DNA of 64,000 nucleotides from an uncultured delta proteobacterium (GTDB lineage Bacteria > Desulfobacterota > Binatia > UBA9968), in assembly GCA_963760795.1 (NCBI GenBank), contig CAVXEP010000012.1:128001-192000 (forward strand), read 5' to 3'. Below the pieces are notes generated by a model, which saw only the letters and a program-made list of their open reading frames with translations, was not told the DNA's origin and ran no database searches. A program made the translations under genes and the position numbers. Below, piece by piece: positions 32,076 to 43,080 of the stretch. How positions within the stretch are numbered: the stretch's first letter is position 1; every line of letters starts with the position of its first letter.

Positions 32076-32873
32076 TTAATCGCCGAGATAGAGACCGATC
32101 AGCTGACTGCCGTAGAAAAGATACGCCAGCGCCCCCGAGCACAGAAACGGCGCAAACGGCAATGCCAGGCGGCGGCCGGCGCCGGTGGCGACCATCAGGC
32201 CGATCCCGATCACCGAACCTAAAATCGAGGCGACAAAAAGCGTGACCGGCACCGACGGCCAGCCGAGGAACGCACCGATCATCGCCAAAAGCTTGATGTC
32301 GCCACCGCCCATGCCGTCTACTCCAGTGAATTTTTCGTAGGCCCAGGCCGTGGCGAGCAAGAATCCGCCACCAACGAGAATACCGATGAGCGAACTCAGC
32401 GGCGTCGGGAGGATCTCGAAAGAATCGGCAAAAACGAAAAAACCGATGACTGAGAACACCAAGCCAACAACGATCCCCGGCAAACTGATCACATCCGGTA
32501 CGATCCGAACGTCGAGATCGATGAACGAAATCACTATGAGCGCCGCGGCAAAGACAAAACTCACAAAAAACGTGTAGCTCAGCCCAAACCAGGAATAGAG
32601 CATCACGGAGAGTAGCGCCGTCAGCAGCTCAACGATGAAATAGCGCGGCGAGATACTTTCCTTGCAGGAATGACACCGAGCCCGAAGCAATACATAGCTA
32701 AGCAACGGTATGTTATAGTAAAAAGGAATCGAAACCTTACATTTAGGGCAATGAGAAGACGGGTGAACGATCGATTCATCGTTCGGAATCCGGGCGATGC
32801 AGACATTGAGAAAGCTTCCGACCATCGCGCCGAATAAGAAAATAATTAGATACATTTCGTTCGATAGCATCAT
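32076..32873 (-). CDS. pilD: Prepilin peptidase/N-methyltransferase
   Basis: GSFLNVCIARIP, two CxxC, FIDLD, GMGGGDIKL, PFAPFL. Confidence 0.95.
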   Translation of the reverse strand: MMLSNEMYLIIFLFGAMVGSFLNVCIARIPNDESIVHPSSHCPKCKVSIPFYYNIPLLSYVLLRARCHSCKESISPRYFIVELLTALLSVMLYSWFGLSYTFFVSFVFAAALIVISFIDLDVRIVPDVISLPGIVVGLVFSVIGFFVFADSFEILPTPLSSLIGILVGGGFLLATAWAYEKFTGVDGMGGGDIKLLAMIGAFLGWPSVPVTLFVASILGSVIGIGLMVATGAGRRLALPFAPFLCSGALAYLFYGSQLIGLYLGD

Positions 32874-32885
32874 TTTTAACTCACC

Positions 32886-33770
32886 ATGAGCACCCCGATG
32901 GTCTGCGCTATTGTACTCGACTATTACGGCGCGGAGATAACAAAAAAGTGCTTGATCTCGCTGATCGGCCAGGGGATAAAGACCATCTATGTGCTGGACA
33001 ATTCACAAGCAGGCGAAGCTGCGACAACTCTCGCAAGCACCGTCGATCAAGTTCGCGCCCAACGCGCTGACTTTGCGGTCGAAATCATTTCCGCCGGGAC
33101 CAACCTCGGTTTTGCCAAAGGCGTTAATTTCGTCATCGCCCATGACCAACAAGCTGAATCGCCGCACGACTATTACTTGTTACTAAACAATGACGCGGTG
33201 GCGGGACCGGGGCTGGTGGCCGAGCTACTCCGGGCGTTGGAACACGAACCCGAAGCCGTACTCGCCGCGCCAAGGGTGTTATCGAGCGATTCGTCCAAGC
33301 GGGAGCAAGGCATCTGGTATCACCGTTATCTTGGCTTGCTATATTCACGACCGGGATGGTTTCGCTTTCATTATTTTACCGGTTGTTGCCTGCTGGTACC
33401 CAGTCGACTGGTTAGTAAATCGCCATTATTTGACGAAGCATTTTTCATGTACGGCGAAGATACCGAACTGGCTTGGCGCCTGACCCGCCAACGCAAAAAG
33501 GTAGTATGCGCGACGGATGTCTATGTAAACCATGACTACGGACCCTCCGTTGCGCGATCTAGCTTCTTCTATGAATATCACATGGCGCGCGGCCATCTGC
33601 TCTTGAGCTTGAAGACATGGCTACATCCGGCTGAGATTCCGCTTCTGGTTTTGACCAAGATCGTAGGTCTCGGCGGCCGGGCAATCGTGCGCTGTTTCCG
33701 TTATCGGTCTCTCACTCCACCGTTTTCCCTATTAGTCGCATGGCTACCGCTGCGCGTAAACAAGACGTAG
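32886..33770 (+). CDS. Glycosyltransferase family 2
   Basis: LDNS, NLGFAKGVN, LLNND, FDEAFFMYGED. Confidence 0.9.
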   Translation: MSTPMVCAIVLDYYGAEITKKCLISLIGQGIKTIYVLDNSQAGEAATTLASTVDQVRAQRADFAVEIISAGTNLGFAKGVNFVIAHDQQAESPHDYYLLLNNDAVAGPGLVAELLRALEHEPEAVLAAPRVLSSDSSKREQGIWYHRYLGLLYSRPGWFRFHYFTGCCLLVPSRLVSKSPLFDEAFFMYGEDTELAWRLTRQRKKVVCATDVYVNHDYGPSVARSSFFYEYHMARGHLLLSLKTWLHPAEIPLLVLTKIVGLGGRAIVRCFRYRSLTPPFSLLVAWLPLRVNKT

Positions 33771-33776
33771 TCCAGA

Positions 33777-34751
33777 TCATCGGACCTTCGAGTGGGTCGG
33801 GCGAGATACAACTCCTTTAGTGACAACCACCGGCCGCCGGGTCCTGCTACGCAAACCTCTGTAAAGACCATAGCGCATGACCAAACGAATGATCGGCGCT
33901 TTGAAGATCCATTTGCAAGTAGATAGCGCGCCTTCTCGCCGACCGACAATGAATTTGACGTCACCCATTGCCTCGAAAACCGCGTAAGATAAGACTCCTT
34001 TGAGAGAGAGTGGAAGTGAAGCAAATTCTCGTATCGACACCCCGTAGTCGAAATGCCGCTGGTAAATCATCGGTAACGGATGATTGTGCGAATGGTAAAC
34101 TACCGACGTCGCCTCGTAGATGATCCAGTAGCCCGACTCGATCGCTCGCTTGCACCATTCCTGATCCTCCACCATCACGATCTTTTCCGAGAAAGGCAAT
34201 CTGTCCAGCGCATCCCGGCGGATACATGAGCTGACATTGGAGAAGGCGATAAATCGAAATAAGCACGCGGCATAGCTCTGTTTCTGAAACGGATCCTGTT
34301 GATCGACCCTCTTGACCGTGCTCAGTGGACCGGCGCCGATACCGATATCCCGAGATTCGATAGGATTACAGTCCGGTCTGGGAACTTGGCGACTATAACT
34401 TCCGGCCACCCGCTCATCTTCCAAAAGCGGGCGAACCAAGTTTTCCAGCCAGTTTTGGTTAGCGGGTTCGGCGTCTTGGGTTAAGAATACAACATAACGA
34501 CCTAAACTGTTTTGAGCCGCCAAATTTCGCGTCCGACCGTGACCAAACTCTAGGTTGGGAATTCGAATGACACGGACGGGATGTTTATTAAGGATTTCCA
34601 GCGTTCGATCCGTGGAACCCGAGTCAATGGCAAGAACTTCATAACTCAACCTCGTTCGCTGCGTGAAGATTGACGCTAGGACCTCCGCCAAATATCGCTC
34701 CCCATTGAAGGTAAGCAGCACTATGGAAATTTCGACGCTGCCACCGCTCAT
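33777..34751 (-). CDS. GT2 (rhamnosyltransferase-like)
   Basis: IDSGSTD, FGHGRTRN, LTQDA, FSNVSS, VYHSH. Confidence 0.88.
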   Translation of the reverse strand: MSGGSVEISIVLLTFNGERYLAEVLASIFTQRTRLSYEVLAIDSGSTDRTLEILNKHPVRVIRIPNLEFGHGRTRNLAAQNSLGRYVVFLTQDAEPANQNWLENLVRPLLEDERVAGSYSRQVPRPDCNPIESRDIGIGAGPLSTVKRVDQQDPFQKQSYAACLFRFIAFSNVSSCIRRDALDRLPFSEKIVMVEDQEWCKRAIESGYWIIYEATSVVYHSHNHPLPMIYQRHFDYGVSIREFASLPLSLKGVLSYAVFEAMGDVKFIVGRREGALSTCKWIFKAPIIRLVMRYGLYRGLRSRTRRPVVVTKGVVSRPTHSKVR

Positions 34752-35674
34752 GAAAGAGGCCTTTCCCGCGGCCCGTAACGCTTACGACCGTCAGCCAATC
34801 CTTTGCGGTAGTAGTATTGTTCCAAGGCCGAATAGATCGGAAAAACCGGCAGGAACTTCAAATATCCATTCGCAATCAAGAACCTCATGACTCTGACGGA
34901 GCGAACCGCGTACCGAAGCACCGCACCCAAGTCCCGTGAATTGTTGCCGAGTCGATTTTCTCCTACCGCCCATCGATACTGAAGTCCGTAGGCATATTGT
35001 AGATACTGCACAAACACGCCGTTGTCATAGGAGCGCTTTGCCCAATACTTAAATCGTGCCGGATGAGTGTGATAAACCTCGGCTTCTGGGACGTATTTGA
35101 TTTCGAACTCTTTCGGGAGCAGTTGCGACCAGATGTAATCTTCGGCGAAACTTGCCGTTTCATCGAATGGATATCGTTGCCAAATTTCCCTTCGAATCGC
35201 ACAGTTCGCGTTTGAAAACGGCGGTCCGATTCTGCCTTTTTCGTCCGGTTTGAATGCGGCCAACAACGACCGCTCTTCGAAGGGGTTTAAACCTTTAATT
35301 GGAACCTGCCCGCCGTAGGTGGCGGCAATGCGTGACTTGGGCCGCAAATCCCTGACCATGTGGGCAATCCACCGATCGCTCGTTGGAATACAGTGAGCTG
35401 AGAGGTTTATTAGGTATTGGCCCTCCGCTAATGTTGCGCCCAAGTTGAGCGCGCGGCCGTAACTAAAATCGCGCGCCTCGATTTCATAAAGCCGCACGGC
35501 ATGGGTTCGGACAATGTCGAGAGTCCCGTCGGTGGATCCCGAATCGATCACGATCACTTCGAAGCGAAGATCGACGTCCTGTTGAAAAATGGCTGTGAGA
35601 ACTCGCCCGATCAAGCGCTCTTCGTTCTTACTTCGAATAATGATCGAAATCTCTGGTTTTTGTTTATCGGACAT
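34748..35674 (-). CDS. GT2 (rhamnosyltransferase-like)
   Basis: IDSGSTDGT, FSYGRALN, LSAHC, FSNAN, AED. Confidence 0.88.
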   Translation of the reverse strand: MSDKQKPEISIIIRSKNEERLIGRVLTAIFQQDVDLRFEVIVIDSGSTDGTLDIVRTHAVRLYEIEARDFSYGRALNLGATLAEGQYLINLSAHCIPTSDRWIAHMVRDLRPKSRIAATYGGQVPIKGLNPFEERSLLAAFKPDEKGRIGPPFSNANCAIRREIWQRYPFDETASFAEDYIWSQLLPKEFEIKYVPEAEVYHTHPARFKYWAKRSYDNGVFVQYLQYAYGLQYRWAVGENRLGNNSRDLGAVLRYAVRSVRVMRFLIANGYLKFLPVFPIYSALEQYYYRKGLADGRKRYGPRERPLS

Positions 35675-35722
35675 AGTGATTTTCCGAAACCGACCATAAT
35701 CTATGATTGCATGATGCTCGAC

Positions 35723-36460
35723 TCACCAATCAGATTTATACAAGCCGGGGGTAACCTTCGCCGCCGACCAATGACCGGGATTGTCACGCTTTCGCTCGTA
35801 AACGTATCCTCCCCAAAACCACTTCTCGTTCTCTAATGGCGACAATTCTTCCTGGTGGATGACATCGAAACCTTCGCCGCTCAGCACGGCATGCAAAAAA
35901 CTCGCGGTCATTCCCCATATCCAATGGCTCTGATTGACTTGAGAAATATCGAACATCCGAAATTCGCCATGATTCAGCCTGAGCGGGTAAAGATCGTCGG
36001 TATTGCCGGGCAAGTAGATGAGTGCGTTAGGAAACTGCTGTTCGCGCAGCATCGGTTGCACGACGCAGAATCGCTTGTCAATCTTTTCAAGCATAAGGTG
36101 CAACGTATTGAGCAAAGGAGGTTGATGTAACAGGATATCGAAGGCTACTCCCAGATCGAATTTTTCCGCAATGCTTTTCATGAACAATGAATTCGAAAAA
36201 TCCCCTTTGAAGAACTCAATCTGCGGATACTGGAGCCTGGTCTTGAGCCACTTAGCCGTCTCCAACGAATCGACTAAAGCGGCTCGCTTGCAGCCGAGTT
36301 CCAGTGTTTTTTGCGTATAGAAGCCGTCGACCTTCCATATATCGCCGAACACGATGGCCGATTCCGCCGGCATCGCTTTTTTGAGTATGCCTGTTTTGAA
36401 TTGAACCACCGGACTATCAGTCTTGTCGATTCCAAAAGTCTTCAGTAATTGCCTTAGCAT
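35723..36460 (-). CDS. Hypothetical protein, possible methyltransferase fold
   Basis: Intact 245-aa ORF in operon; FFKGDF, FDLGVAFDILLH. Confidence 0.55.
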   Translation of the reverse strand: MLRQLLKTFGIDKTDSPVVQFKTGILKKAMPAESAIVFGDIWKVDGFYTQKTLELGCKRAALVDSLETAKWLKTRLQYPQIEFFKGDFSNSLFMKSIAEKFDLGVAFDILLHQPPLLNTLHLMLEKIDKRFCVVQPMLREQQFPNALIYLPGNTDDLYPLRLNHGEFRMFDISQVNQSHWIWGMTASFLHAVLSGEGFDVIHQEELSPLENEKWFWGGYVYERKRDNPGHWSAAKVTPGLYKSDW

Positions 36461-36569
36461 CTTAGTTCTGCCTCGCCTTTAAGGGGTTAGCCCGCCCATA
36501 TTCGCAGCGTGTTTTTTAAGTGTGTTCAATGGGTGCTCGTTCAAAGCATCCTGTGCAAACCAACTAAAA

Positions 36570-37643
36570 TTAGTGGCTCGCCTGAGAATCTCTAAACGGT
36601 TTGAGAAGAGTTCTGTACAAACGGTACGCTAGAGTTTGTCGCACGGCGTCGGCAAAAGTTTGCAGACGCGCATTACGGTCTTGCAGTTGTGCAATCGTTT
36701 CGTCTTTGCGTCTCGATTCTTCTCTCATCAAGGCTCTCAGGGCATTCAACTGTTGCTCTTTTTCGCCGACGACACTTTCCAAGTGCAGGACCTTATCTTG
36801 GTCATGCAATTCAGAAATCAACCGCAAGACGCTGCCCAAGCCGTCCGGGACATTTGTTCCGGTTATGTAATCCTTGGGCGTCGCCAATGGACCCGGTAAC
36901 GGCAGCGCGCGAAGCATGAGATAAAGCAACTTGTCCTCGAGGAGAATGGCGCGTTCGTTGAGCAGCTCTTCAGCCCCTCCGACTTGATGACGTAGGTCGC
37001 CCGCAATGCTTGCTTCGATTTGCGAAACGCCGGCCGCGTGCCGCAAACCACAAAACTCGGAGAGCCGGTTTACTTCCTGGGTCGGTCGACAGAAGTAATC
37101 TTCGTAAAAAGTCAGAATGCGTGAATATCCTTCGGTGCTCCGAATTGCCTGACATGTGTATTGCCGCCAAAGATGGACTGCCCCGGTAATCGATTGCCCG
37201 TCGCGTTGCGCCAACGACCAAGCCACCTCCAAGGGGTTGCGGATACAAATGACATATCGGAGGTTTGGAACGATTCGCCGCCAGAATGGCAGAAGTATCG
37301 TCGTGCGAGGATCCTTCCAACCCCAATGCTTGCAAGCCGCGAAGTCTTTAAGGAGCGCACTCGCCTTCCGGGCCAAATCATCCAAGCCGGGATCTTGCTC
37401 CCAGTCCGATTGGAGCGTCGGGGGACTATCCCAAGAACCGCCCAAATACTTCAGAAGCGCCTCGTTGATTTCGAGGAAGCCCGTATGCTCGAAATGTCCG
37501 AACTGATTGCTCTCGCTGGTGCCCATCAAACGCTCGTCGGGACCTAATGAAAGGCCATGGAGGCGCAGCAAATTGGCCACCATCGAGGTGCCGCTGCGGT
37601 GCATTCCGATGATGCATACAGGCCATTCGTGTGAGTTTTCCAT
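36570..37643 (-). CDS. Sulfotransferase-family protein with C-terminal coiled coil
   Basis: IGMHRSGTS PAPS loop, WGWKDPR, RNPLEVAWSL; heptad-rich tail. Confidence 0.85.
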   Translation of the reverse strand: MENSHEWPVCIIGMHRSGTSMVANLLRLHGLSLGPDERLMGTSESNQFGHFEHTGFLEINEALLKYLGGSWDSPPTLQSDWEQDPGLDDLARKASALLKDFAACKHWGWKDPRTTILLPFWRRIVPNLRYVICIRNPLEVAWSLAQRDGQSITGAVHLWRQYTCQAIRSTEGYSRILTFYEDYFCRPTQEVNRLSEFCGLRHAAGVSQIEASIAGDLRHQVGGAEELLNERAILLEDKLLYLMLRALPLPGPLATPKDYITGTNVPDGLGSVLRLISELHDQDKVLHLESVVGEKEQQLNALRALMREESRRKDETIAQLQDRNARLQTFADAVRQTLAYRLYRTLLKPFRDSQASH

Positions 37644-37703
37644 GCCGTTCAGAAGGTCACATTGATCGCACTGTGGAAGCCGTTCGCACCGCAATCGCCC
37701 CGC

Positions 37704-38351
37704 TCAAATGCGATTTGCACGCCGCCTGATCAAGAGCCAGGTCTGCCCGTTCGGGTGAGGCCAATCGATCGTTTCGGCGATGAGATTGTGGGCGCCGGCG
37801 AACTGTTTCATTTGCTTAAGTGTATAGGTGACACATTCGGGATAAACCCAGCCTTCTCCCTGGTAATCCACCTTTCCCGCCACAAAGGTCGCTGCTAATA
37901 CGCCCGTGGGTTGCAGGCTTTGGCCCACCTCGCCGAGGCATTGATGAATTTGCGCCGGGGATGCGTGAGAGAAGATGGACTGAGCCACGACAAAATCAAA
38001 TTGTTGGTTAAAATGAAGACAGTTGAAGTCTGAGTCATGGCTAAACACCGGACGCTTGAGTTGCAGAATTTCTCGACCCAATTCCTTGTTGAGACCTTCC
38101 TCGACTAACCACGATTGTGGTTCTATCCCGTAGTAGTGCCCCGATAGTAGATAGGGAATGAACAATCTCCCAGCTCGCAAAGATCCGCAGCCAATGTCTA
38201 ACAGATAATGAAATTCGCGCAGTCCAAGATGGGTTAGCAAGTTAAACTGCATTGCACCCACCAAGTCATACTTTTCCGGTGGACCGACATAAGCCCGGTA
38301 GTGATGCGCGCCAATAGGCAAGCTTTGGCCAAAGTCGTCCTTGCCGCTCAT
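37704..38351 (-). CDS. Class I SAM methyltransferase
   Basis: LLDIGCGSLRAG, FDFVVAQSIFSH. Confidence 0.88.
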   Translation of the reverse strand: MSGKDDFGQSLPIGAHHYRAYVGPPEKYDLVGAMQFNLLTHLGLREFHYLLDIGCGSLRAGRLFIPYLLSGHYYGIEPQSWLVEEGLNKELGREILQLKRPVFSHDSDFNCLHFNQQFDFVVAQSIFSHASPAQIHQCLGEVGQSLQPTGVLAATFVAGKVDYQGEGWVYPECVTYTLKQMKQFAGAHNLIAETIDWPHPNGQTWLLIRRRANRI

Positions 38352-38367
38352 AGCCCGCGCTCCGGAA

Positions 38368-39684
38368 TTATTGCAGTTGTTGCCACTCAATTTCCGATTC
38401 TGGATCGAAAAGACCGACCCTCTGGCTAGCTTCGACAACTTGGAACGGCATGTAATCAAAACGTCGGTCATAGACCACATATTCCTCCGTCTCCCACGCT
38501 CCACAGCCTATGGAAAGAAGATAAGCACCGGCGTTAAGGCGAGCGACTTGCCTGAACACAACCAGGACAACCGCACCCCGTTCTACCTGTCCCATTTCGA
38601 TATTCTGGAACATAGTATTCGTGCCGCAAAGAACCATCCCCTTAGCATCTTTGATAGAATACGCGGCCACGGCAGTCGTCATTGATTCATTGTGACGCAG
38701 TTTGATTTTGATCAGGAATTCGCGATTACGTTCTATGACCTGGATCGGAGCGCCCTCTAAATCGAAAATTCCTGCCTCGAGAATTTCGGCTTTATGCGAG
38801 CCATAGCGGTCTTCGTTCGGATTAACTTTGAACAATCCGTCCCACTCGATGGTCTTTGCACGAGCGACCGACCTTGCCTCATCGGCTCGATTTCCGACGG
38901 ACGCGTAACTTTTAGGACGACTCTTAGAAATCATCCTGTTGTATTCATCAACCGCAGTTTTCGGCGTCCCATGGCAGAGCACATTGCCCTTGGAGAGTAA
39001 CACTGCTCGACTGCAGCGGGAATTGACAACGTCCAGGTTGTGCGTGACGAGGATTATGGTTACGCCTCGCTCGCTGAATTCTCTCAGTTTCCCGTAACAC
39101 TTGGACTGGAATGAGACATCCCCGACCGCAAGCGCTTCATCGATTAGAAAAATATCCGGTTCCGCATGCACTGCAATTGCAAACCCCAGGCGCACGTACA
39201 TTCCAGACGAATAATGTTTAACCGGGCTATCGATGAATTCGTCTAAATCGGCGAAATTGACGATGGCGTCAAATTTGTCAGATATCTCTTCTTTGCTAAG
39301 TCCAAGAATTGCAGCATTCAAGTAAATATTTTCCCGGCCGGTAAGCGCAGGATGAAATCCCGCGCCTAATTCCAACAAGGCACCGACACTGCCGCTGATT
39401 TTGATCGTGCCATGATCCGGGAGGGTAATTCCGTTTAGCAGCTTCAAAAGCGTACTTTTACCGGCGCCGTTTGGTCCGATGAGGCCCAAACATTCGCCGC
39501 GCCGCACCTCAAATGAAACGTCCTCCAAAGCCCAGAATTCGTCCGCTCGCAATTCGCTGGAGTTCGGAGAGATACCTAACAGGTCGCGGGCCACATCCTT
39601 TGCCCCATAGAGCATGGTTCGTTTGAGCGAGCGGCAAAATTTCTTGCTGACGCTCTGCACGTTGATGATAGGATCGATGGACAT
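38368..39684 (-). CDS. wzt: Polysaccharide ABC exporter ATPase with C-terminal carbohydrate-binding domain
   Basis: FWALEDVSF, GPNGAGKS, YSSGMYVRLGFA, Wzt_C-like tail. Confidence 0.92.
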   Translation of the reverse strand: MSIDPIINVQSVSKKFCRSLKRTMLYGAKDVARDLLGISPNSSELRADEFWALEDVSFEVRRGECLGLIGPNGAGKSTLLKLLNGITLPDHGTIKISGSVGALLELGAGFHPALTGRENIYLNAAILGLSKEEISDKFDAIVNFADLDEFIDSPVKHYSSGMYVRLGFAIAVHAEPDIFLIDEALAVGDVSFQSKCYGKLREFSERGVTIILVTHNLDVVNSRCSRAVLLSKGNVLCHGTPKTAVDEYNRMISKSRPKSYASVGNRADEARSVARAKTIEWDGLFKVNPNEDRYGSHKAEILEAGIFDLEGAPIQVIERNREFLIKIKLRHNESMTTAVAAYSIKDAKGMVLCGTNTMFQNIEMGQVERGAVVLVVFRQVARLNAGAYLLSIGCGAWETEEYVVYDRRFDYMPFQVVEASQRVGLFDPESEIEWQQLQ

Positions 39685-39694
39685 GAAATTGGCT

Positions 39695-40594
39695 CTAAGC
39701 GTAGCCGGCGACACGTGGAATCGTGACGTGAAAAGCGCGCCAACCGCCGAAGGCCAAGGCTAACGAAAACAAGCAAGCCACCGCCAACATTGCCGGTCTG
39801 CTTACGTATCCGATAGCGATCAGATCCTGGGTAGCGTTCACAAAGGGGCTCAACGGATTCAGGACGTTAACCATGAAAAACGGCCAGCGCACCGGCGCCG
39901 GGTAAAGCACGGGGGTGAGAAACATGCCGACGGTAAGGACCATTCCAAGCGCATTGCCGGTATCACGGAACACAAGATTGGCAATCGCCAGGATAAATCC
40001 AAAACCCAACGCTAATAGCATGACCGTCAGAAGTAGCAGCGGGACAAATACAACAGTCCACTCAGGCACCACCCTGTACCAAAAGAAAACCGCGACTACC
40101 GGTAGCAATCGCACACAGAAATCGAATAGCGGTTGACCGAGCGCCGCCATGACGAGTGTCTCCCTTGGGAAACTCACCTTTGTCACCAGGGCGCCGCTGG
40201 CGACCAAACTCGCGGTGCATGCGCTAAGACAACCGGCAAAGAGATGCCACACGCTCAAGCCCCAGAGCGCAAAGGCGACGTAGGGAATGCGAGTATTGCC
40301 GATCGGTAAGACGTGGGACGCGTTGAGAAACGCGAAGGTCGCGACGGTGAAAAGTGGCGGCACGATCGCCCAGACGTAGCCGAGTATCGACTGCCGGTAG
40401 CGCACCGAAATATCCCGCCGCACCAGCAGCCAAATGAGCCGGCGGTTATCGGTCAGCTCTTTAGCCATTAAGCTCCAGCCCTTTGCTCCGTTGCGTTTCA
40501 CGCCGGCGGGCGAATACTCGACCTCCACAAGTGTTGATTCAACTGGCTGTGCGACGGGATCGGCCAGCGGAGCAGACTGGATCGTTTGTTCCAT
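39695..40594 (-). CDS. wzm: Polysaccharide ABC exporter permease
   Basis: RDISVRYRQSILGYVW, KVSFPRE, FLTPVLYP, LNPL. Confidence 0.92.
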   Translation of the reverse strand: MEQTIQSAPLADPVAQPVESTLVEVEYSPAGVKRNGAKGWSLMAKELTDNRRLIWLLVRRDISVRYRQSILGYVWAIVPPLFTVATFAFLNASHVLPIGNTRIPYVAFALWGLSVWHLFAGCLSACTASLVASGALVTKVSFPRETLVMAALGQPLFDFCVRLLPVVAVFFWYRVVPEWTVVFVPLLLLTVMLLALGFGFILAIANLVFRDTGNALGMVLTVGMFLTPVLYPAPVRWPFFMVNVLNPLSPFVNATQDLIAIGYVSRPAMLAVACLFSLALAFGGWRAFHVTIPRVAGYA

Positions 40595-40757
40595 GGGTAA
40601 AACTTTCCGCGATTATCGGCCCCATTAAGCGTATATCGTCGGAGTAATAACGGTTATTATACGTCCTGTGGCGGTGGATTACTATTTTTTTTTGAACACC
40701 TGGGCACTTCCGGTATATTAAGGTCATCTTTCGAGCGCTATCGACCAGCCAACGGCA

Positions 40758-41918
40758 ATGAGAATCCTCGTCCTCACCAAACGCCAGTATATGGGCAAGG
40801 ACCTCCTCGATGATCGTTTCGGCAGATTCCGCGAGCTGCCCTTGGAGCTCGCGCGACTCGGCCATCAAGTTCACGGCCTGTGCTTAAGCTACCGCGCGCG
40901 CAACGAAGCCCATGTCATCGACTGCACCGCCTCGCGGGATGGCCAAGTCGAGTGGCAATCAGTCAATCTAATGCGTGGCTTCTTGCCGGGATTGCCGGGC
41001 TATTTCCGCCGGGCACGACAACTGATAGGTGAATTTCGACCTGACTTCATTTGGGCTTGTTCGGACGCCTATCACGCGATCTTGGGAGCTCGCCTCGCCC
41101 GCGAGTTTCACTGTGGTTTGGTGATCGACCTTTACGACAACTTCGAAGCTTTTTCCGCGACCAAAGTGCCGGGGGTCTTGTCTATGTTTCGCAGTGCGGT
41201 GAAAGACGCCGCAGGGGTCACCTTCTTCAGTCAACGCCTGGCCGACTACGTCGTCCAGACCTATCCCATGACTAATCCACACGCTGTGATCTTGAGCGGT
41301 GTGCGCAAGGATTTGTTCTATCCGCGGGACAGGCTCACTTGCCGGCGAGAGTTGAAACTGCCAGCCGCTGCCACGGTCATCGGCGTCGCCGGAGCACTCG
41401 ATTCCAGCCGTAGCATCGATAGCCTATTCTCCGCGTTTGCGACATTGGCGAAAGAAATGCCGGATATCCATTTGGCGTTAGCCGGAGCACGCGGCCCGAA
41501 GCAAAAAATACCGAGCGGACCGCGGATTCACGATTTTCAATCATTACCCCACGAACGAGTCCCGTTATTTCTAAATGCCCTCGACCTCGCCGTCATATGT
41601 TATCGCCGTTCAGCTCAAGGCGAATACAGTTTTCCGCAAAAAGCGTACGAAATCATCGCCTGCGGTGTCCCGTTGGTCGCTGCCGCAGTGGGCTCGATGA
41701 ACGAGTTGCTAAAGAATTATCCGGATTGCCTTTTTGAGCCAGAAGATTCAATGAGCTTGGCAAGCACTATCCGATTACAATTGGAAAAAAAGACCGTGGC
41801 GCAAATCGTCGCTCCCTCTTGGGCTGACTCGGCGGCGCACCTGAATAGATTCTTCGAAAATGTCTCCGGCGCGCAGTCTTCCACGCCGCAAAGATCGCAG
41901 GTTGGAGGCGCCGACTAA
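40758..41918 (+). CDS. Glycosyltransferase family 4
   Basis: GT-B pattern, FPQKAYEIIACGVPLV. Confidence 0.85.
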   Translation: MRILVLTKRQYMGKDLLDDRFGRFRELPLELARLGHQVHGLCLSYRARNEAHVIDCTASRDGQVEWQSVNLMRGFLPGLPGYFRRARQLIGEFRPDFIWACSDAYHAILGARLAREFHCGLVIDLYDNFEAFSATKVPGVLSMFRSAVKDAAGVTFFSQRLADYVVQTYPMTNPHAVILSGVRKDLFYPRDRLTCRRELKLPAAATVIGVAGALDSSRSIDSLFSAFATLAKEMPDIHLALAGARGPKQKIPSGPRIHDFQSLPHERVPLFLNALDLAVICYRRSAQGEYSFPQKAYEIIACGVPLVAAAVGSMNELLKNYPDCLFEPEDSMSLASTIRLQLEKKTVAQIVAPSWADSAAHLNRFFENVSGAQSSTPQRSQVGGAD

Positions 41919-43069
41919 TTGGCTCCTTCACTCAGACGGTGAAACGTCGCTTCATAGCGTGACACCACCGCGTTCCAGGAGAAGTTCTTCACGGCGCGTT
42001 GGCGGCCGGATTGTCCCATCGCTGCGCCCATCTGGGGATCCTTTAGCAACGTAACAATCGACTCACTCAAGCGCTGGTAGTCTCCCGGCTCGACCAGAAT
42101 GCCGCTCGCGCCATGCTCAACTGCGTCAGGAAGCCCGCCGCACCGAGTGGCGATCACCGGCTTGCCGGCAGCGGCAGCTTCCAAGGCAACCATGCCGAAG
42201 CCTTCGACATCATAATCCAGATCCAAAACCGGCAGGACGACGACGTCGCACAGTGCGTAAAGCTGAACCAGTTCAGCATCGCTAACCGCGCCAAACCAGC
42301 GCACATAGCCGGAAAGATCGTGGCGCTCGATCGCTTGGCGAATCTCTGCAGCGACATCTTCGTGCTGGGTCAACGATTCCGTCGGATTGTCGCCGGCGAC
42401 GACGAAACAAACCTCAGGCACTTGCTTGACGATATCGACCAGTGAATGCTCGATGAATTCTTTGACGCCTTTGCGCCGGGCCAGCCGGCCGACGAAAAGA
42501 ATTACTTTACGGCTCACCAACCCCCGCGCTCGCTTTAGTGCTTCCGCGTCCTCTGCGACTTGGAAGCGCTGCCAGTCGACTCCGGGAGGGATTATCTCGA
42601 TCGCTCGCTCCGTCACGCCCTTCTGCTGAGCCAACCTCGCTGTGTGACGGCTGTTGGCAATCACGCGATCGACATAGCGAAGCCTGCGGACAACCAAGAA
42701 TTGATAGAGCGAACTGCGATAGATCAGATCTAAGCCATGGGCTTGGACGACCGCTTTGCGGCGAAACAAGCGGGCCAGTATCAAGACCATTGGCGTCACC
42801 AACACACTGCCGCCGAAAACCACGGATATGTTGCGGTTGCCGCGCAGTAGCGCTACCCCTTTGGTAAATGCGAAGAGAAAGTAGCGTGCGAGGCCAGTCG
42901 ACGCGGGCCGAAAAATCGTTTCGTCGCCCGCTGTGAAATGCGTATCGGCATACGCCGTGATCACTGATACCCGATGATTTTTGCTCAAGCCAGCGCAAAC
43001 GCTGGCGAGCAGCTGCTCCATCCCCCCCTGCCGCGGTGGATAATTCCACGTGATGACGAGAATCTCCAT
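41915..43069 (-). CDS. Glycosyltransferase family 4
   Basis: NYPPRQGG, VGRLARRKG, EGFGMVALEAAAAGKPV. Confidence 0.92.
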   Translation of the reverse strand: MEILVITWNYPPRQGGMEQLLASVCAGLSKNHRVSVITAYADTHFTAGDETIFRPASTGLARYFLFAFTKGVALLRGNRNISVVFGGSVLVTPMVLILARLFRRKAVVQAHGLDLIYRSSLYQFLVVRRLRYVDRVIANSRHTARLAQQKGVTERAIEIIPPGVDWQRFQVAEDAEALKRARGLVSRKVILFVGRLARRKGVKEFIEHSLVDIVKQVPEVCFVVAGDNPTESLTQHEDVAAEIRQAIERHDLSGYVRWFGAVSDAELVQLYALCDVVVLPVLDLDYDVEGFGMVALEAAAAGKPVIATRCGGLPDAVEHGASGILVEPGDYQRLSESIVTLLKDPQMGAAMGQSGRQRAVKNFSWNAVVSRYEATFHRLSEGAN

Positions 43070-43080
43070 GCTCGCGGTAG

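Noticed and set aside
40685-40693. T9 tract as a phase-variation switch between wzm and GT4
   Set aside because: Short tract, and homopolymer length is unreliable in this assembly
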